From the NCBI RefSeq assembly GCF_963853765.1, contig NC_088855.1, forward strand, positions 27,342,001 through 27,406,000: 64,000 nucleotides of DNA, read 5' to 3'. Numbering within the stretch: the first letter of the stretch is position 1; every line of letters starts with the position of its first letter. This DNA comes from Magallana gigas (lineage: Eukaryota). Made by a program: the position numbers and the translations under genes. The notes under the pieces were generated by a model. The model saw only the letters and a list, made by a program, of their open reading frames with translations. It was not told the DNA's origin and searched no databases. Of the stretch, positions 49,469 to 63,611 are shown one piece after another.

Positions 49469-50143
49469 TATAGCGTTTGGAGACCTTAATCAGTTATCGC
49501 AAGTGTATGGAAGTAGAGTAATTTCTGTAACCCCATGTAAAACTTCTTTTCATTTTTAACATGTTTGAACTTTTAGAAAATAAACGACAATCAAGGGACT
49601 CACTCTTAAATCGCATCCTAGAAATCCTTTCGTCACGAATTGTCACAACAGAGGTTGTTTTAAAGTGACTGCATATTTTTCCAGTGAAGAGAGATCAAGA
49701 CTTACATGTACCTTACTGAATATAATATTAAACTAAAACGTTTGTCTAGTGAAACCGAAATCAATGCTGTTCATAATGTGCCTGAAAAAATTTATTCCAG
49801 AAGATGACCAAAATGTGCTGGTTTACCTAATAAATTACTTGTAGTGTGGAAGAATGCACGTGTAATGTTGATATATGTTGAAATATAAACCAACTGAAGG
49901 ACTTGTTAATGGTAAACAAAGGACTATCCATTCCACTGAGAGAAGAAGTGAAGACAGATATATGCAAAGATGTATAAACCTCTAGGATTATCACTTGCAT
50001 CTACTCTTCATAGTGCTCAGGGTTTATCATCGGAAAATGCTGTAATTGTGACAGAGGACATTCTGTATTTATCTCGTAAATCAACAATTCAGGAATTTTT
50101 TAAACAACTGTCTCCACATTAATTAAATCCCTTATGCATTATA

Positions 50144-50174
<31 letters not shown>

Positions 50175-52519
50175 GTGGCATAACTTCTTGAGAAATCTGT
50201 TAAGATATGATTTACAAAACGGTGGTGATTGGGCTTATTAATAGTTATACTTTTCTGCTGCTTGTTGATGTAAATAGATTTGCTAGTCCCCAATTTTTAA
50301 ATGATCTAGTATTTTAAAAATCTACACTCAAACCGATAGTTCTTTCTGAACAACATTTCTTTATACTAAAGTATTCAGATAAACGATGGTGGAAAGTATA
50401 CCAGCTCTAAATAAGCCTTTTTATTGTAAACATTTTTTTTAAATTTCTGTCTTTAACACAAATTGAAGCAACCATTGTATCTAATTCATTCATTGGTAAA
50501 ATTTCAAAGAAACTTAACATAAAAACTTAACATAAAAAGCATGGGGAAAATAAGATGGTGCAAATGTCTGTTGATTTAATCGATAGATTTAATTTAAAAA
50601 ATTGTATCATAACGAAATTCCCCTAAAGCAAAATTTCACTAGTTGAACAAGCACGAACAAAGGAAAAGCCTTTAAAAAGGTTTGTTTTTCTTTTTAAGAG
50701 AAAATTGAATCTCCAGAATTTAGTGAAACTGACAATGCTTGCGAGAAAAGGACTGACGCTCTAAAGATGGTAAATCACGGAATTTTGAAATGTTTTCTCT
50801 AACTTCAGTACTTGTATTTTGAAATGTATTTATAATGTTTTGTTGAAAAGCATTTAATTCACTGAATAATTTGAACCTTTCATGAACTTTGTTTTTTAAA
50901 GTTAAAAGTATCATGGGGAATTTTGATGAACTTGCAGAACCATTTTAGCATTGTACATTGGGCTTTCAGTAGGACGTAGCTATCTATTTGTTGCGTCAAA
51001 ACAAGTAAACAATGCCGCGGTTTCAAGCGAGATATGCACCGATTGCGTAGTCTTAGCTCAAAAGCCAGACAAATCCTGTTGATTTCAAAGAGCCATGACT
51101 GAGTAGCTAGCAATGAAATAGACAGTCCTAAAACTAACCAAATCCAAGCTCTTGTTAAAATGGTTCTTATCGCTTTCTAAACGTAATTATTTTTTATAGT
51201 AAACAAATGCAACATTAGTAGTCATTACATTGTGGATAATACGACAGTCTGGTAAATAAAGGATACTTCGATAAAATCATGAAAACCAAACCATCACGAA
51301 TCAAAATAGTTACTGGTTATCGTTTAGTAGCCTCAAAATAACCAAATGAAAACACCTACGTAATGATATACATGTATAGTTTCCGTTTCACGAATGTTGT
51401 CTGGTTTCTGACCTTTTATTATTATAATCTTCAACGTCTTCCCACTAATGTCTCCCGCCAAGATTCTTACTGAAATCGTAGACAAACAAGTCGAATTTAC
51501 GATCAGTCATGCTATGTCGAACACCGAAAGTCACATAATTTAAAACACATTAATTTTTACGTTTTTTTTTTTAATTTAAGCAATGCTTTATCTGAAGATA
51601 TACTGGCAAGAGTCATTTTACGTCATCGTCCGGTTTAAATAAAAGAACCAGATAGACGGAAAGACAAACTTGTCATATCATGCAGCTTGCTTTTTAATTT
51701 TATCGAGACAAGTATTGATTTGTTATTTATACTGATTTCACTGGATTTTTTCTTCTCTTTTTCGGAAGAAAATATAGTGTGAATTATAGTGAAACTAACA
51801 AGACTGGAATCAATACGATCCGGTTCTAACAAGTTTAGAAACAACTTATTTGCATAGGAATATACGAATCCATTTAATTGCTTTCAATGCAATGGCTTTT
51901 ACTTTGATATCAAAGATTTCGTAATTGACATTCGTTGAAACTATAACATTAACGAAAACAAATTTCTCACGGAGATTCATTTTCTTCATTCGGAAGTATT
52001 GTACTCGGGACAAACAACGTTATCATTCGGGTAATGTTCCTGTCGCTTGCTGGTTGTTTTTATCAAAATATCAAGCCAAAAAGCAAAGACATGGATTTTT
52101 TTAAAATTGACGGTTTTGAATCGAAAATAATGCTATACGTCAAATGAGGCCCACGGGTCAAGTCAATCGAAACACCTAGATGTAATTACATGTTTTGATG
52201 ATATTATAATATAAAAATATTATAAAATTTAACGAGCTCATGAATAGTTTTAATGTAGAAAAATTAAAAAACTTGTCAATATTTATTAAGAAAATTTTTA
52301 AAGTCTGTTCTTCCAGAAACCAACTTTAACAACGTATTGTATTGTGATTTTAACCTTTTTTCGTCATTATTACAGTAACTCCTACTGTACAAGTGCTCCT
52401 TGACTGTGTTCGTGTACATTTGTATATACTGATTTTGAACCTCAAATACCAGTAAACTGGTCTTGAGTGAATAAAGACAATATGTTTGTTCTTTACTCCC
52501 TGATTGAACTTACATAGCC

Positions 52520-53215
52520 TAACACAAATCAACAATTATAATTTCAAATGGGTTGAATGTATACAGAATATTTTACATGAATGTGGTATAAGCTATGTCT
52601 GGTTGACGCATAATGTAGAAAATGAAAAATGGATTTTAAATGTTGCTAAGCAAACTTTGATTGACCAATTTCAACAAAAATGGGTCTCTGATTGTAACGC
52701 ATCTAGTAAATGATTGATCTATAACTTGTTTACAAATAACACTTTTGTACCTAGAAATTACATACACTCTGGTGCTTATATGAATAACATTACTACATTA
52801 GTTAGATTTAGAACAAGCAACCATAAACTGCCAATTGAGACAGGCAGATGGAACAATGTACCTAGAAATCAACGATTTTGTAATTTATGTAAAAATAACA
52901 TTGGCGACGAATATCACTATATCATGATATGTCCAGAATTGAAAGAATATAGAAAAGCTTATTTACCATCAATGTATTTTAGACGACCAAATGCTTTCAA
53001 ATTTTTTGAATTATTTTCATGTAAAAAATTAGCTGTTATTAATAACTTATGTAAATTCATCAATATCATTAATAAGAGAGTCAACTCTCCAGGTTGATGT
53101 GTACAGTATACACTCTTGCTTTTTGTTTAATATTGTATGTATTGTATATTTTCTCTATGTTGTTTTATACAATATGAGAATAAATAAAATGAAATCAAAT
53201 GAAAATTGAATTGAT
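52520..53215 (+). mobile_element. 5'-truncated non-LTR retrotransposon (LINE ORF2 C-terminus)
   Basis: KWVECIQNIL..CG..W, then RFRTSNHKLPIETGRW..R.CNLC..GDEYHY..C, typical of LINE ORF2 ends; one in-frame TGA at 52711-52713; AATAAA followed by a (TGAAA)-like tail. Confidence 0.8.
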
Positions 53216-55240
53216 GATCCTGACATTGATGTTGTTGTTTGCGCGCATAATTTGTTCCATAAGATTTCATGGAGACAACAAACTTAATTCCTTATAATTA
53301 TGGGATTGCTATTAGCAGAAGATTGATTATTGGTGTACAATTGTCTGTTGTTGTAGTTTATATGAAATTCACAGCTGGTGTGATAAAATTTAAGGAATGT
53401 GTTGGCCATTTAATTGCAGCAATATCTTACTTCATTATATTTACATTCACTAAGTATGATTCCCTCCTATTCTTACGAAAATTTAATTCACAGCTCTGTA
53501 AAAACTGACAGGGCTAAAATCTACACGATCCAGTTCTAGCCAGATTATCGATTGCGTTCGAAACCTTCAGCAACTTAAGAAAAATCACGGGCTGGACAAA
53601 ATTATCATGATAAAACCAGACTCGAATTCTCATATAAGACGACTCGGCTATTTTTATTATATAACGTATCGATGTACATTAACAATATTTGGTGACATTT
53701 ATTTACTTTTTAAGATCACTTCGTTAATTTGTTAAGAGAATTCATGCAGGTTTTAAAGGTAGCGATCATTGCATAAAAAACCTGCTTAGTATATAGAATT
53801 TCAATATTTGCGCACACATTAAGCATCGCAATAGATGTACTTTGATAACTATGCAGTAACAGTTTCGAGTGAATTTTTAATGTATACAGTCAAATATTAT
53901 TCAATCATGTTTTGGTTTAGATGCTTGAAAAAATTTTTTTGAAGTACACTAGCCTTGCCTCAAAGATCCTTTACATCTACTCATTACGTGGACCCTAAGC
54001 ATATAAGCAATGTAAAACCGGATGCGATTGGGAAAATTCAACACGCGCATGTACTAGCCTGGTTCCTGTGATTATGGGTAGACCAGGTAAACAGGGTAAC
54101 GCATGTTTACCTGAATCGGGATCGAGATTCCATGCCATGAACACATGTTAAAAGTTCAAACGCGCCAAGATTGTAAACGTATAATAAGTACTTATTTGAA
54201 AATTATTTAACTTTAATTTAAGACGTCAACCATCCAAACAAGGTTCCAGAAATAGGCTGGGCAAGCTGATTTCCTTAATTATTTTCCATTGCAGCTACTT
54301 CTTTCTGTCTACTTCGTCTGTTCTTTATTTTTTTGTGTTAAATATGTTGTTTTTAAAGGCACTTTTCAAAATACCTTGAAAACCTGTAGAATTATCGAAA
54401 ACTTTCGTCATTGTTTTTCAATCTTTAAATGTTAGATGTCATTGTTTATTGTGCTTCATTTTAAGCCTCATTTTATTGGATTTTAATTTAGACTCCATAT
54501 TTGTTTTTGTTTTTCCCTATAACTTCAGTTTTGTTTAATATTATCAGATTACTGTGGTTAGCAGTTTATATATGAATTTTGGCGTGTAACTGTTGCATCT
54601 CTTTTCCTTTTTTCCCCCAGAATTTCTCATCATATTCTCCATTCCTCAAAATTCCATATTCAAACCAAATTCGTGGTTTCGATTCTTAAAACACAAACCA
54701 CCATTTTTATATTTAAGCATAATTTTTTTTCAATTTAAAGGTTTGTACAATTGTGGGTCTTACATTAAGTGAAACCGTATATTAATTTCCATATCAATTA
54801 CCTGCCTGTTCCGTTGTTTGTGTTTTAAAATGCCTTTATTTAATTTGCATACTTCATTTAAGCAATATCTTTCTATTGAATTGGTTTTTATAATTCCATT
54901 TGTTTTAACACCTATATGTATATGTATCTCTTCTGTAATTTGATTGGCTGCTGCAAGCAAAAACTGGTAAGTACCAATGGATATTCTACAATTCTATAAC
55001 AGGGGATGTCGTGTTAATGGTGATAATTAAGATTCTCAATTCAGCTGTATAAAAAGACCTTTCACTCTTTCATTCATTAAGAATTTCTTGCTGTCTTTCC
55101 CTTAGCGATTCAATAAACGTGAGTAGTAAAACTGTTTTTATCTAAACGCCATACATGTATCTTTATTTTTTAAAATGTTTTGAAAAATCTTAAATTTGGC
55201 TATGCATGATAAATGAACGTCCATATTTTAGGCCATCAAG

Positions 55241-56386
55241 ATGGATCCATCCAATAACAACGACGAGTTGTTGTCCCTACTAGAGTACTTCAGCGATGCG
55301 CTCGGCAATGACAACTTTACTAAGAATGACATCCTGAATATGTTTGCCAGGTACGACTTCGACGAACTTTCCCCTCCACGGGTAAAACAGAGAGATGGTG
55401 TGATTTTATACGCTTCTCCTTTTGTATTTTTGTTTGGGGTAACTGGGCATCTAATGTCACTGCTAATTTTGCCCTATTTTGCCAAAAAGGAGTCTAGCTA
55501 TGTATACCTTCTGTTCCTTTCGATATTTGATCTTCTTGTTCTTCATGTCGGCTTGCTCATCCGATGGCTGCAAGAGATACTCGCCGTTGATATTTATTCT
55601 TTTAACAACTACACCTGTAAGGTACTGACCTTCCTTGGGTTAGTCTTCAGCGACACCTCCGTCTGGTTGCTCGTTTTCGTCACGCTTGAAAGATTTGTTC
55701 TACTTTACCACCCATTTCGCGCAAAACTCATATGCACGGTTCGTCGGTCCCTCATTATCATTCTGTTTATTTTCGTCGCCATGGCAATGTTAAACGGTCA
55801 TGTATTTTGGACTCTCGAAATCATCACTGACAATGTGACCCAATCACAAAACTGTGATTCAGCCGCGAATAGCAATGCCTTGATTTATCAAATATGGCCC
55901 CTGATAGATTCGTTGATTTACTTTATTTTGCCTTTCCTTTGTACTTGCGTCTTTAACTACAAAATTATTCGAAAAATCCGCCACATTAAAATCAGAAATC
56001 GCATTTGTAATTCCCGTCGGTTTCCAAGAGTAAGAGGGGAACAGAAAAAGCCAAAAGTTGAAAGGAAGCTGACCATAACAATGGTCATTTTATCCTTGGC
56101 CTTCATGGTGACCACCCTCCCAATGTTGGTCTACCTGTGTGTGACAGCGGTCATGAATTCTCTCCATAAACAGCCGCTATTTAGCCGCGAGAGATATCAA
56201 TACTTCCGGTCTTTTGCCGAGTTGATGATGTATACTAACCATGCCATCAATTTTTATCTTTACATCGCAAACTCGAGGCGACTCAGATTGTGGTTTCAGA
56301 AGCGAGTCTGCCAGCAGAAAGCGGAACAGCTTGTTATAGGCAATGAAGTTCTTGAAAAGCAAGAGTATTCATCCAGATTTTCGTAG
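55241..56386 (+). CDS. Class A GPCR, invertebrate peptide/FMRFamide-receptor-like family (381 aa, single coding exon)
   Basis: Seven hydrophobic segments; TM2 LSIFD, TM3 ERF, TM6 TTLP, TM7 NHAINFYLY. Probable 5'UTR intron 54967-55231. Confidence 0.9.
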   Translation: MDPSNNNDELLSLLEYFSDALGNDNFTKNDILNMFARYDFDELSPPRVKQRDGVILYASPFVFLFGVTGHLMSLLILPYFAKKESSYVYLLFLSIFDLLVLHVGLLIRWLQEILAVDIYSFNNYTCKVLTFLGLVFSDTSVWLLVFVTLERFVLLYHPFRAKLICTVRRSLIIILFIFVAMAMLNGHVFWTLEIITDNVTQSQNCDSAANSNALIYQIWPLIDSLIYFILPFLCTCVFNYKIIRKIRHIKIRNRICNSRRFPRVRGEQKKPKVERKLTITMVILSLAFMVTTLPMLVYLCVTAVMNSLHKQPLFSRERYQYFRSFAELMMYTNHAINFYLYIANSRRLRLWFQKRVCQQKAEQLVIGNEVLEKQEYSSRFS

Positions 56387-58319
56387 ACAATATCAAGATT
56401 CCCGTGATCATCTGTGATAAGAATGAATGTGTCTATGAACATTGAACATATTTTTTGCTATTTCTTTAAACATGATATATAATATATGGTATATCATCTT
56501 AAACGATTAACATATTTAGTTGATGTGTATTATAGCTGTTCGATAAAAAAATTAAGATTTTATATATTATATGTTTAGTTCTGTACACAATAAATTACAG
56601 TAAGGTCTGTGAAAATATTTTCAATAAATTTAACATGCATTTCTTGAGATTTCTGTCATCCTTGTTTGTCTCGAAAGATATCGCTAGCAGTGATCAAAAA
56701 TGGTCAGAATCAAAATTGAAATAAATTAGCGACTGTTATTCAAAAACAGTGAACAGAACACACAACCTACATACATTTTTATGAAGAGATGAATTAGAAT
56801 TAAAATTAAAAAATCATAACAAAAATAAAAACTATGAATACGATGCTGTGGTCAAATTGAGGGATATGCTCTGTTTTAGATTCACAGCGAAAATATTCAT
56901 CATCGTGCAGCAGGTTCAAATTACAGGTTTTTGTTTGATAAGTTGGTCTTAACCATGAAGTTACCAAGAGGTTATTAAGTTATCATAACTCCAGAGCAAC
57001 CGAAGAACAATTTTTGATGAGGGAGGAAGAGTTGGAGCTTACTGTATCATACCCTTATCATTCCTCTATTCAATTCATTATCATCCAATGAAAAGGTTGG
57101 TTACGCAATTTGAAAGTTAGATCATATTATTAATAAGTAAAATATAGCTATCATGAAGGGACTCGGTCGCCCGGTTCCCTTTGCCCTCTCCTTATTTGCA
57201 AAAAATTTACCCAGAGACATGGTGACGCATAAACCCATTACAGTTTTCTTGTATTTAATAAGTATGGCTTTTTAAAACGATTTCCACACATTTTATACTG
57301 GATGATTTCCCCCGCAAGCGTGGGAATGATCACTTTCCACATAAATGTAAACAATGCTTAAATAAATATATGTTGGACCATATTGTTTGTTCATCTTATT
57401 GTATACTGTGTCTGAACTTTTTCTTAATTGCTATTTCTTCGTAACTTATTTTTAAAATTGAAAAAACTGAATGGCTTTATATTTAGAGGAGCGGGCAGGC
57501 ATGAAAAATCTAAACTGAAACGGATGATTTATATATGTTCATGATCTAATATTATTCTCTTTGTTGCAGCTGCTGGAAAATAAAAATCAAAGTACTTAAG
57601 TACTGACGGGAGTTGATTTTATCGATTATCATTTATTTTAAAATCAACTTATCTTGCATGGCAATGAGTTTCTAGTCTGTATTTGAATTTCGCACTTTTT
57701 TATTATATGAATTTTAAGACTTTTCCGACAAGAATTTCGAGAAACTCCAAAGACTGTTTCACTTTCGGTTTGCCAGAGTAACTGCATAGGAGAGTTGATT
57801 AAAATCAACTCCCAAAAACAGTGATCGACTGGGTATTTATTGCGTTTAATCTCGAAATGTTGTTCTTTAAGTCAAAGTACACTATAATTGTCATCACTGT
57901 CCCGAATAGGAATTTCAGATTAAAAAAACCCACAACAACTGGGGAGGGGGTCATCCCCCATTTAACTTCCATGTTTAATACATACATCATTAATTCATTT
58001 ATGCATGTAGACTTAGCACACAATCTTTTCATTGTTCACATGTTAATATACAATGTTCATCTCCAAACTGTCGATTAAAAAAGGCTTAGTTTAGTGTTTG
58101 CTTACTTTACTTGCACATTTTAAGCCAAAGTTGTCATTTTTTTTTTTGGTTTATTGGTAAAATTCATCAGTATTATATATCATATGAAAATATAAAATTC
58201 TGAAAAGAAATTAGTGTTCAAAAGTAAATAAAACCACTTTCGCAAATAAACGCGAAACTTTCGCGATATAATGCAAAACTTTCGCGAATAAACGCGTTTA
58301 CGTCACTTTCGCAACATAC

Positions 58320-59610
58320 AAGTACTTAGCAACGGGTAACACAACGAATTGTTACATGCGCGTAAATTATGCGCGTACGGTTCGCCGTAGAATTCATTGG
58401 CGGATCCAGAGGGGGGGTTCCGGGGGTTGGAACCCCCCCTTTCTCTGGGACATATGAATTTTTTTTTAAACTTAAAATTCTAACTGGAAGGCAATTTTTT
58501 CCATCTGCTATTTAAATACTATAATTATCCAACATAAATGCTTTAGAAATCGCTTACTAGTATTTAAAAGTTGTTCGTACAACGGACGTAATTTATTTCT
58601 TATAAACAACACCCTATCGATATTTTATTGAAGTAAAGTTATTAGTTAGGTTCCCGAGACTCCTCTGTTTTTATTATTGGGGTCCCAAATACTAAAACAG
58701 AGGGTACTCGGAAACCTGACTAAAGTGTTCTTCTTCAGCAATCGGTGTTTATTTCTTTTAGTAAGCATGTGGAAATTTTTTTTTAAATTACATAAAGCAT
58801 GCAATATCGCTTAGGTATTTTCTTCTTTATGCCTAAAGAAAATCGATTGTACTTAATGAAACGCATGAATTGCATTTTATTTTTCAAATGCTTAACTGAA
58901 ATTCTGTGGCAAAATACCGTAAGAAGGGTTAACTTGAGACTTATTGATTATTAAGGCTACAAATTATCAAAATCCTTACCAAAACCAAAATTAATTTACC
59001 CACGGAAAATGTTAAAAAAGTCGGGGGGGGGGGGGGTCTTTACGAATAAAAGGTTAAGTTGGTATTGGACATCTCCATATTATGACGTACTTCCTATTGA
59101 AATAAACAATAAAATCAAGTATAATTTTATTAAAGTTTTCTTTTTACGAAATTGCTACCTAACAGCGTAGTGCAATGAGTTTGAGTGTTAACTACGAATG
59201 TTAGTTATGAGTTCAAATCCCGTTGGGGAAGTTATGATATCAACCTTTCCAGAAAATTTTAAAATATATTTTTTGGTCAAATATTGTAAAAGTTGATTTT
59301 TTTTAACCGCTGAAAGTATTTGTTTATAATTTACTTTTATCCACATTAATATCGACCCTTACCACCTTAACTAGTGCTGAATTTTACACGTTTTGATATT
59401 TATGGATTGGAACCCCCCCTTTCCAATTTTGCTGGATCCGCCTCTGGAATTCACGTAATTTCTATATAAAAGCAGTAAAATTTTCTCTAAAATTAAGACA
59501 TTCAGAATAATAAAATAAACAGTGCCTGTTTGGGAGGGTAACAGTTGAAATTGACACCCCGAGAAAACCATTGTAAACCGCCGCTCTTCCCAAACAGGCA
59601 CTATTTATAT
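58320..59610 (+). mobile_element. Hairpin-bearing repeat family (Crypton-like, tentative); intact copy about 62640-63010, reverse fragment about 3740-3840
   Basis: CTTAGCAACGGGTAAC..GTAGAATTCACG..AGTGCCTGTTTGGGAG..TTGAAATTGAC aligns with 62720-63010, where a hairpin of about 130 bp is complete. Class assigned from recall. Confidence 0.65.
58395..59446. mobile_element. TIR element with 5-bp GAATT target duplication
   Basis: GAATT|CATTGGCGGATCCAG ... CTGGATCCGCCTCTG|GAATT. The empty site GTAGAATTCACG is seen in the sister copy near 62793. Confidence 0.85.
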
Positions 59611-61739
59611 AAATAAATGGCGCTGAGTTTTACCTGAACCCAAAACGAAGTGAAAACGCAATGGCGGAGCGAGAACCAGACTATTATTCAACCGACAATA
59701 GCGATAATTAAGCGCGTGCTATAATATACAATCATTGCTATTTTTTAGGTCTATACGGTGATTTAGTTACCCGAGAAGTACAATATACACCGAGGTGAAT
59801 ATTTCACTTCGAGGGTAGCTAAATCATCAGCGATTATTTAGAGACGCATTGACACATTGATATCAAAACTGAGTTATATCAAGCGAAGATATAGTCGTAC
59901 AAATTGAGAATCACGATATTTCATTGGACGATCTATCTTTAGTCCAATGTAGAGAAAATTAACTGTAATATTGACCTCCTACATGTAGGTCACGTGCAGG
60001 TGAATAGAACGTTCTGTTTTCTGTTCTAAGAGCCAGTCAGAAAGATATGAATAAATCGATCATATTCTAATCATTGTGATGTCATAAAAAAGTTCACTTA
60101 GAATTGAACGTTTTCGCCATCCCATAGGTTCATATAAAGAAGCATATTTGCACATCTAAATGTAAGAAGATGGTTGGATAAGCCTAAGGCGCGTGAAATG
60201 CCTATGTAGAACTATGTAGAACGAACAAGAAACTGAAAAATTAAACTATTAACAAAATTGATATATTTTAAAATATCACTTTAAACGATGTACATTTGAC
60301 GAATATCGATGTGTAACTCTTAAATATCTTCAGTACTAAAAACGTGCGTATGCATGCGGATCAAAACCTCCAATTACTAATTGTGCCATTTTTTAGAACT
60401 TCGATGCCTTTTCTTTTATAGATTGGGTCTGTGGTCCATATTTTTGTTAAATTCCAAATAAAGTGAAATGGAAAACAATCCAAATTTAATCAACAAAAAC
60501 ACAGAGATGACCCACGTACAAAATGTACTGTACATTAAAAATGTCCTTTTGTATTCCAACAACTGAACGTTTTAGAAAAATAATTCAAGTCCGTTAATTC
60601 TTGACCAAAGTCGCAGTACTATGACTCATTGGTTAGAGAACTAGACATTAGGTAACCTTAAAAAGAACTAGGCTTTTTAGATAGTGGGTTCGATATCACC
60701 CAAACTTAAGGGAATATTTTTTTTATCTTATCGTTTGTTGATGTATTCAAATCTGAAGATAGTAAGAAATTGTGCTTTTGCAAATTCATATAATAACACT
60801 ATCAAATAGATTTGACTGGGAAAAAAATTGCAAATATATTTTATTTTATGACCAAACCAAATGGGCATTTGCTTATCTTGTTCCCCCATCCTCTTCATGG
60901 ATGTTTGTTAATTTAAGTTGACAGACGATAGCACAAACCGAGAAATGTTTTTCATGTTTTTAAATAACAAATGCTTAAATCTTGATAATTGGAACACCAA
61001 ACCATTAAATTCAACCAATTGTCACTCGACTGTTTCTTTGACGTGTCCATCAACAACAGGAAATTGCAATTGATGTGGCGCATATTGCATTGTACGTGAT
61101 AAAAGGATTCGAACACTTAATTGGAACAAACCTGACATCAAAACTACTCCTAGATTTGTACTCTCGTTGAAAATCACGGTTAACAATGAATCATCATTCA
61201 TACAGGAACACGTACTAAAATATAAGTTAACAAGGTTATATAAAAAATTATGATTAATATTAATATAGACGTTGATTTAAAACATTAATTAATATTAATA
61301 TTTTTTATATTGCAATAATTTGCATTATGTAAAAGTTGTGTATGAGTGTCATAAACCCGATGGGGCTGAATACAATTTATTATTTAAAAGAACAAAATCA
61401 AGATTAAACAATTTTTTATAAATAATTGCTTAATGGACCCTTATCAAATCCAATAAAGCCCGAAGTGCTTTTTAAAAATTATTCTAAAATTATTATCATT
61501 GATGAAATATCTATTCGTAGTAATATAGAAAGTTAAAAAGATTTTGCGTCAAGGAAAACAACTCCAGCAAAATTAAGGTCAGTTTGTAGAACGGCGAACA
61601 TTGCATGGACCGACAGACGAGAAAGAGAATGAATAAGCGATAACACTATCATTCAATGTTTACCTTCACGCATTTACGGAGGAGTCTTCAGAAGAAAATA
61701 CCACAAATTACTGCGCGTTTATTCTCGGAAATAAAAGTC

Positions 61740-63564
61740 ATGTCGGAAAAAGCTTTAGGCAGAGGTAAGTTTATTATATGATTTCAAAGAGCGATAACTA
61801 CTGATTATTTTTTAAAGAAATCAATGTACTGAAAGTACTGAAATGTATTACAAATCAAAATTGAAAACAAAAGTTTTAAAATACGTAACGTTAAATCGTA
61901 TTTGAAACGACAAAGTTTTATCAATGCTAATTTCCTGAATACACATTATACATGTAGGATGATGAATTATTTCTTTTCTCATATCGTTAATTTCATGCAC
62001 TGTTTAATCAACAATAGCTGTACCGACTGGAGTTTTATATTATAAATCTAAGAAAAATTCAACAACAAAAACTTTAGGTATTTCTTAAGCTCCAGATTTG
62101 CTTTGAATGTCTGCATCCATGTGAAGAACAGTTATTTTAATAAAATCAAAAATACTATAGCCTAGTATTTATCGCTATGTGATTACTGAAAAAATGAATT
62201 TCCCTTTAAAACATGTATTTATTAACAAAATTATCTTCGAATAAATTCATGTTTTCATTTTGTAGGATCCCAATGCCCACCGCTAGCTCCGGGGACTCTT
62301 CGTTTGTACAGCATGAGGTTTTGTCCATACGCACAGCGAACACGACTGGTGCTTTTGCACAAAAATATTGAGTAAGAATTCTGTAGTTCACAATTTCAAT
62401 TTTGACAAATCAAATTTGTTATGTTAATTTTAAAATTATAATCAAATTTTGATCATGGTATATACAGATTTTTAGCTTGCAAATAATTATATAGTAACAT
62501 GGAAAGAACGTATGCAAATTTTATACTGTAAACCACTAAACCAACTTTTATTCACGACAACTTTATTTCGCGATTAACTTCCGGTAAACTGGTTCGCGAC
62601 GACTAATGTTCGCGACCAAGCCTTATCCAGACCTATGTTGTTTTGTTATTCTTTCATGTTAAATACTGAAATCTGATTGATTAAGACGCAGTTAATAATA
62701 TTTTCTATTACCCTCAGCGTTAGCAACGCACTTAGCAACGGGTAACATTAAAAAATGTTACATGCGCGAAAATTATGCGCGTACGGTTCGCTGTAGAATT
62801 CACGTTATTCCTATATAAAAGCAGTAAAATTTTCTTAAAAATTAAGACATTCAGTAAAACAAAATAAATAGTGCCTGTTTGGGAGGATAACAGTTGAAAT
62901 TGACGCCACTCGAAAACCATTGTCAACCTCCGCTTCGCGTCGGTTGACAATGGTTTTCTCGGGGTGTCAATTTCAACTGTTACCCTCCCAAACAGGCACT
63001 ATTTATATAATAGCAACCACACGACAATGACTAATGCTCTCGCTAACATCACAAAAATTTATCGCGCGCGGATAAAAGTTGGTTTTCAGTACATGTATTA
63101 AAATTGAAAAGAAGGTGAAACGCAATTAGGAATATTCATTGCAATGCCCCTTTAAATACATATTATGCAGATTCAATGATCAATAGTCTAATATCAAACG
63201 TATTGATACTTTTTTAAACATCTTCATTTTGTATTTATTCAATATTTTACAGATTTGAGACAGTCAACATTAACTTGAAACAGAAACCGGACTGGTTTCG
63301 GGCGCGCAACCCGATCGGCTTGGTTCCTGTTTTAGAATTTGACGACAAGATTGTGTACGAGTCAAACGTTTGTAACGAGTACCTAGATAACATATACCCC
63401 ACCCCTAAACTTATCCCGACAGACTTCTACCGGGCAAGTCGAGATAAGATGTTATGGGAGACTTTTGGAAAGGTAATTTAAATATTTACAACAGCTTATT
63501 ATAATAAATATGATATTTTTCTCATCCCCATATCAAATATAAAGCTAATGAGTTTAATATTGAA

Positions 63565-63611
<47 letters not shown>

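Larger units (their letters stand above)
46740..50070 (+). mobile_element. Decayed Helitron/Helentron RepHel (PIF1-family helicase) remnant, interrupted by nested insertions
   Basis: Plus-strand motifs in order: EEGYY*SLLFLFLQFRNE, GVAAFNTNGHTIH (Ia/Ib), ILDEKSMV (II), FGNIHII|AFGDLNQL (III, split), FELLENKRQ, LHIFP, KNARVMLI, EGLVNG, PLGLSLASTLHSAQG. Stops and frameshifts throughout. Confidence 0.8.

Noticed and set aside
57305-57332. TTTCCCCCGCAAGCGTGGGAATGATC resembles a type I-E CRISPR repeat
   Set aside because: Single copy, no spacers or cas genes, eukaryotic context.
59165-59226. tRNA genes here and at 24023-24082
   Set aside because: Only A/B-box remnants without a full cloverleaf; repeat-derived.
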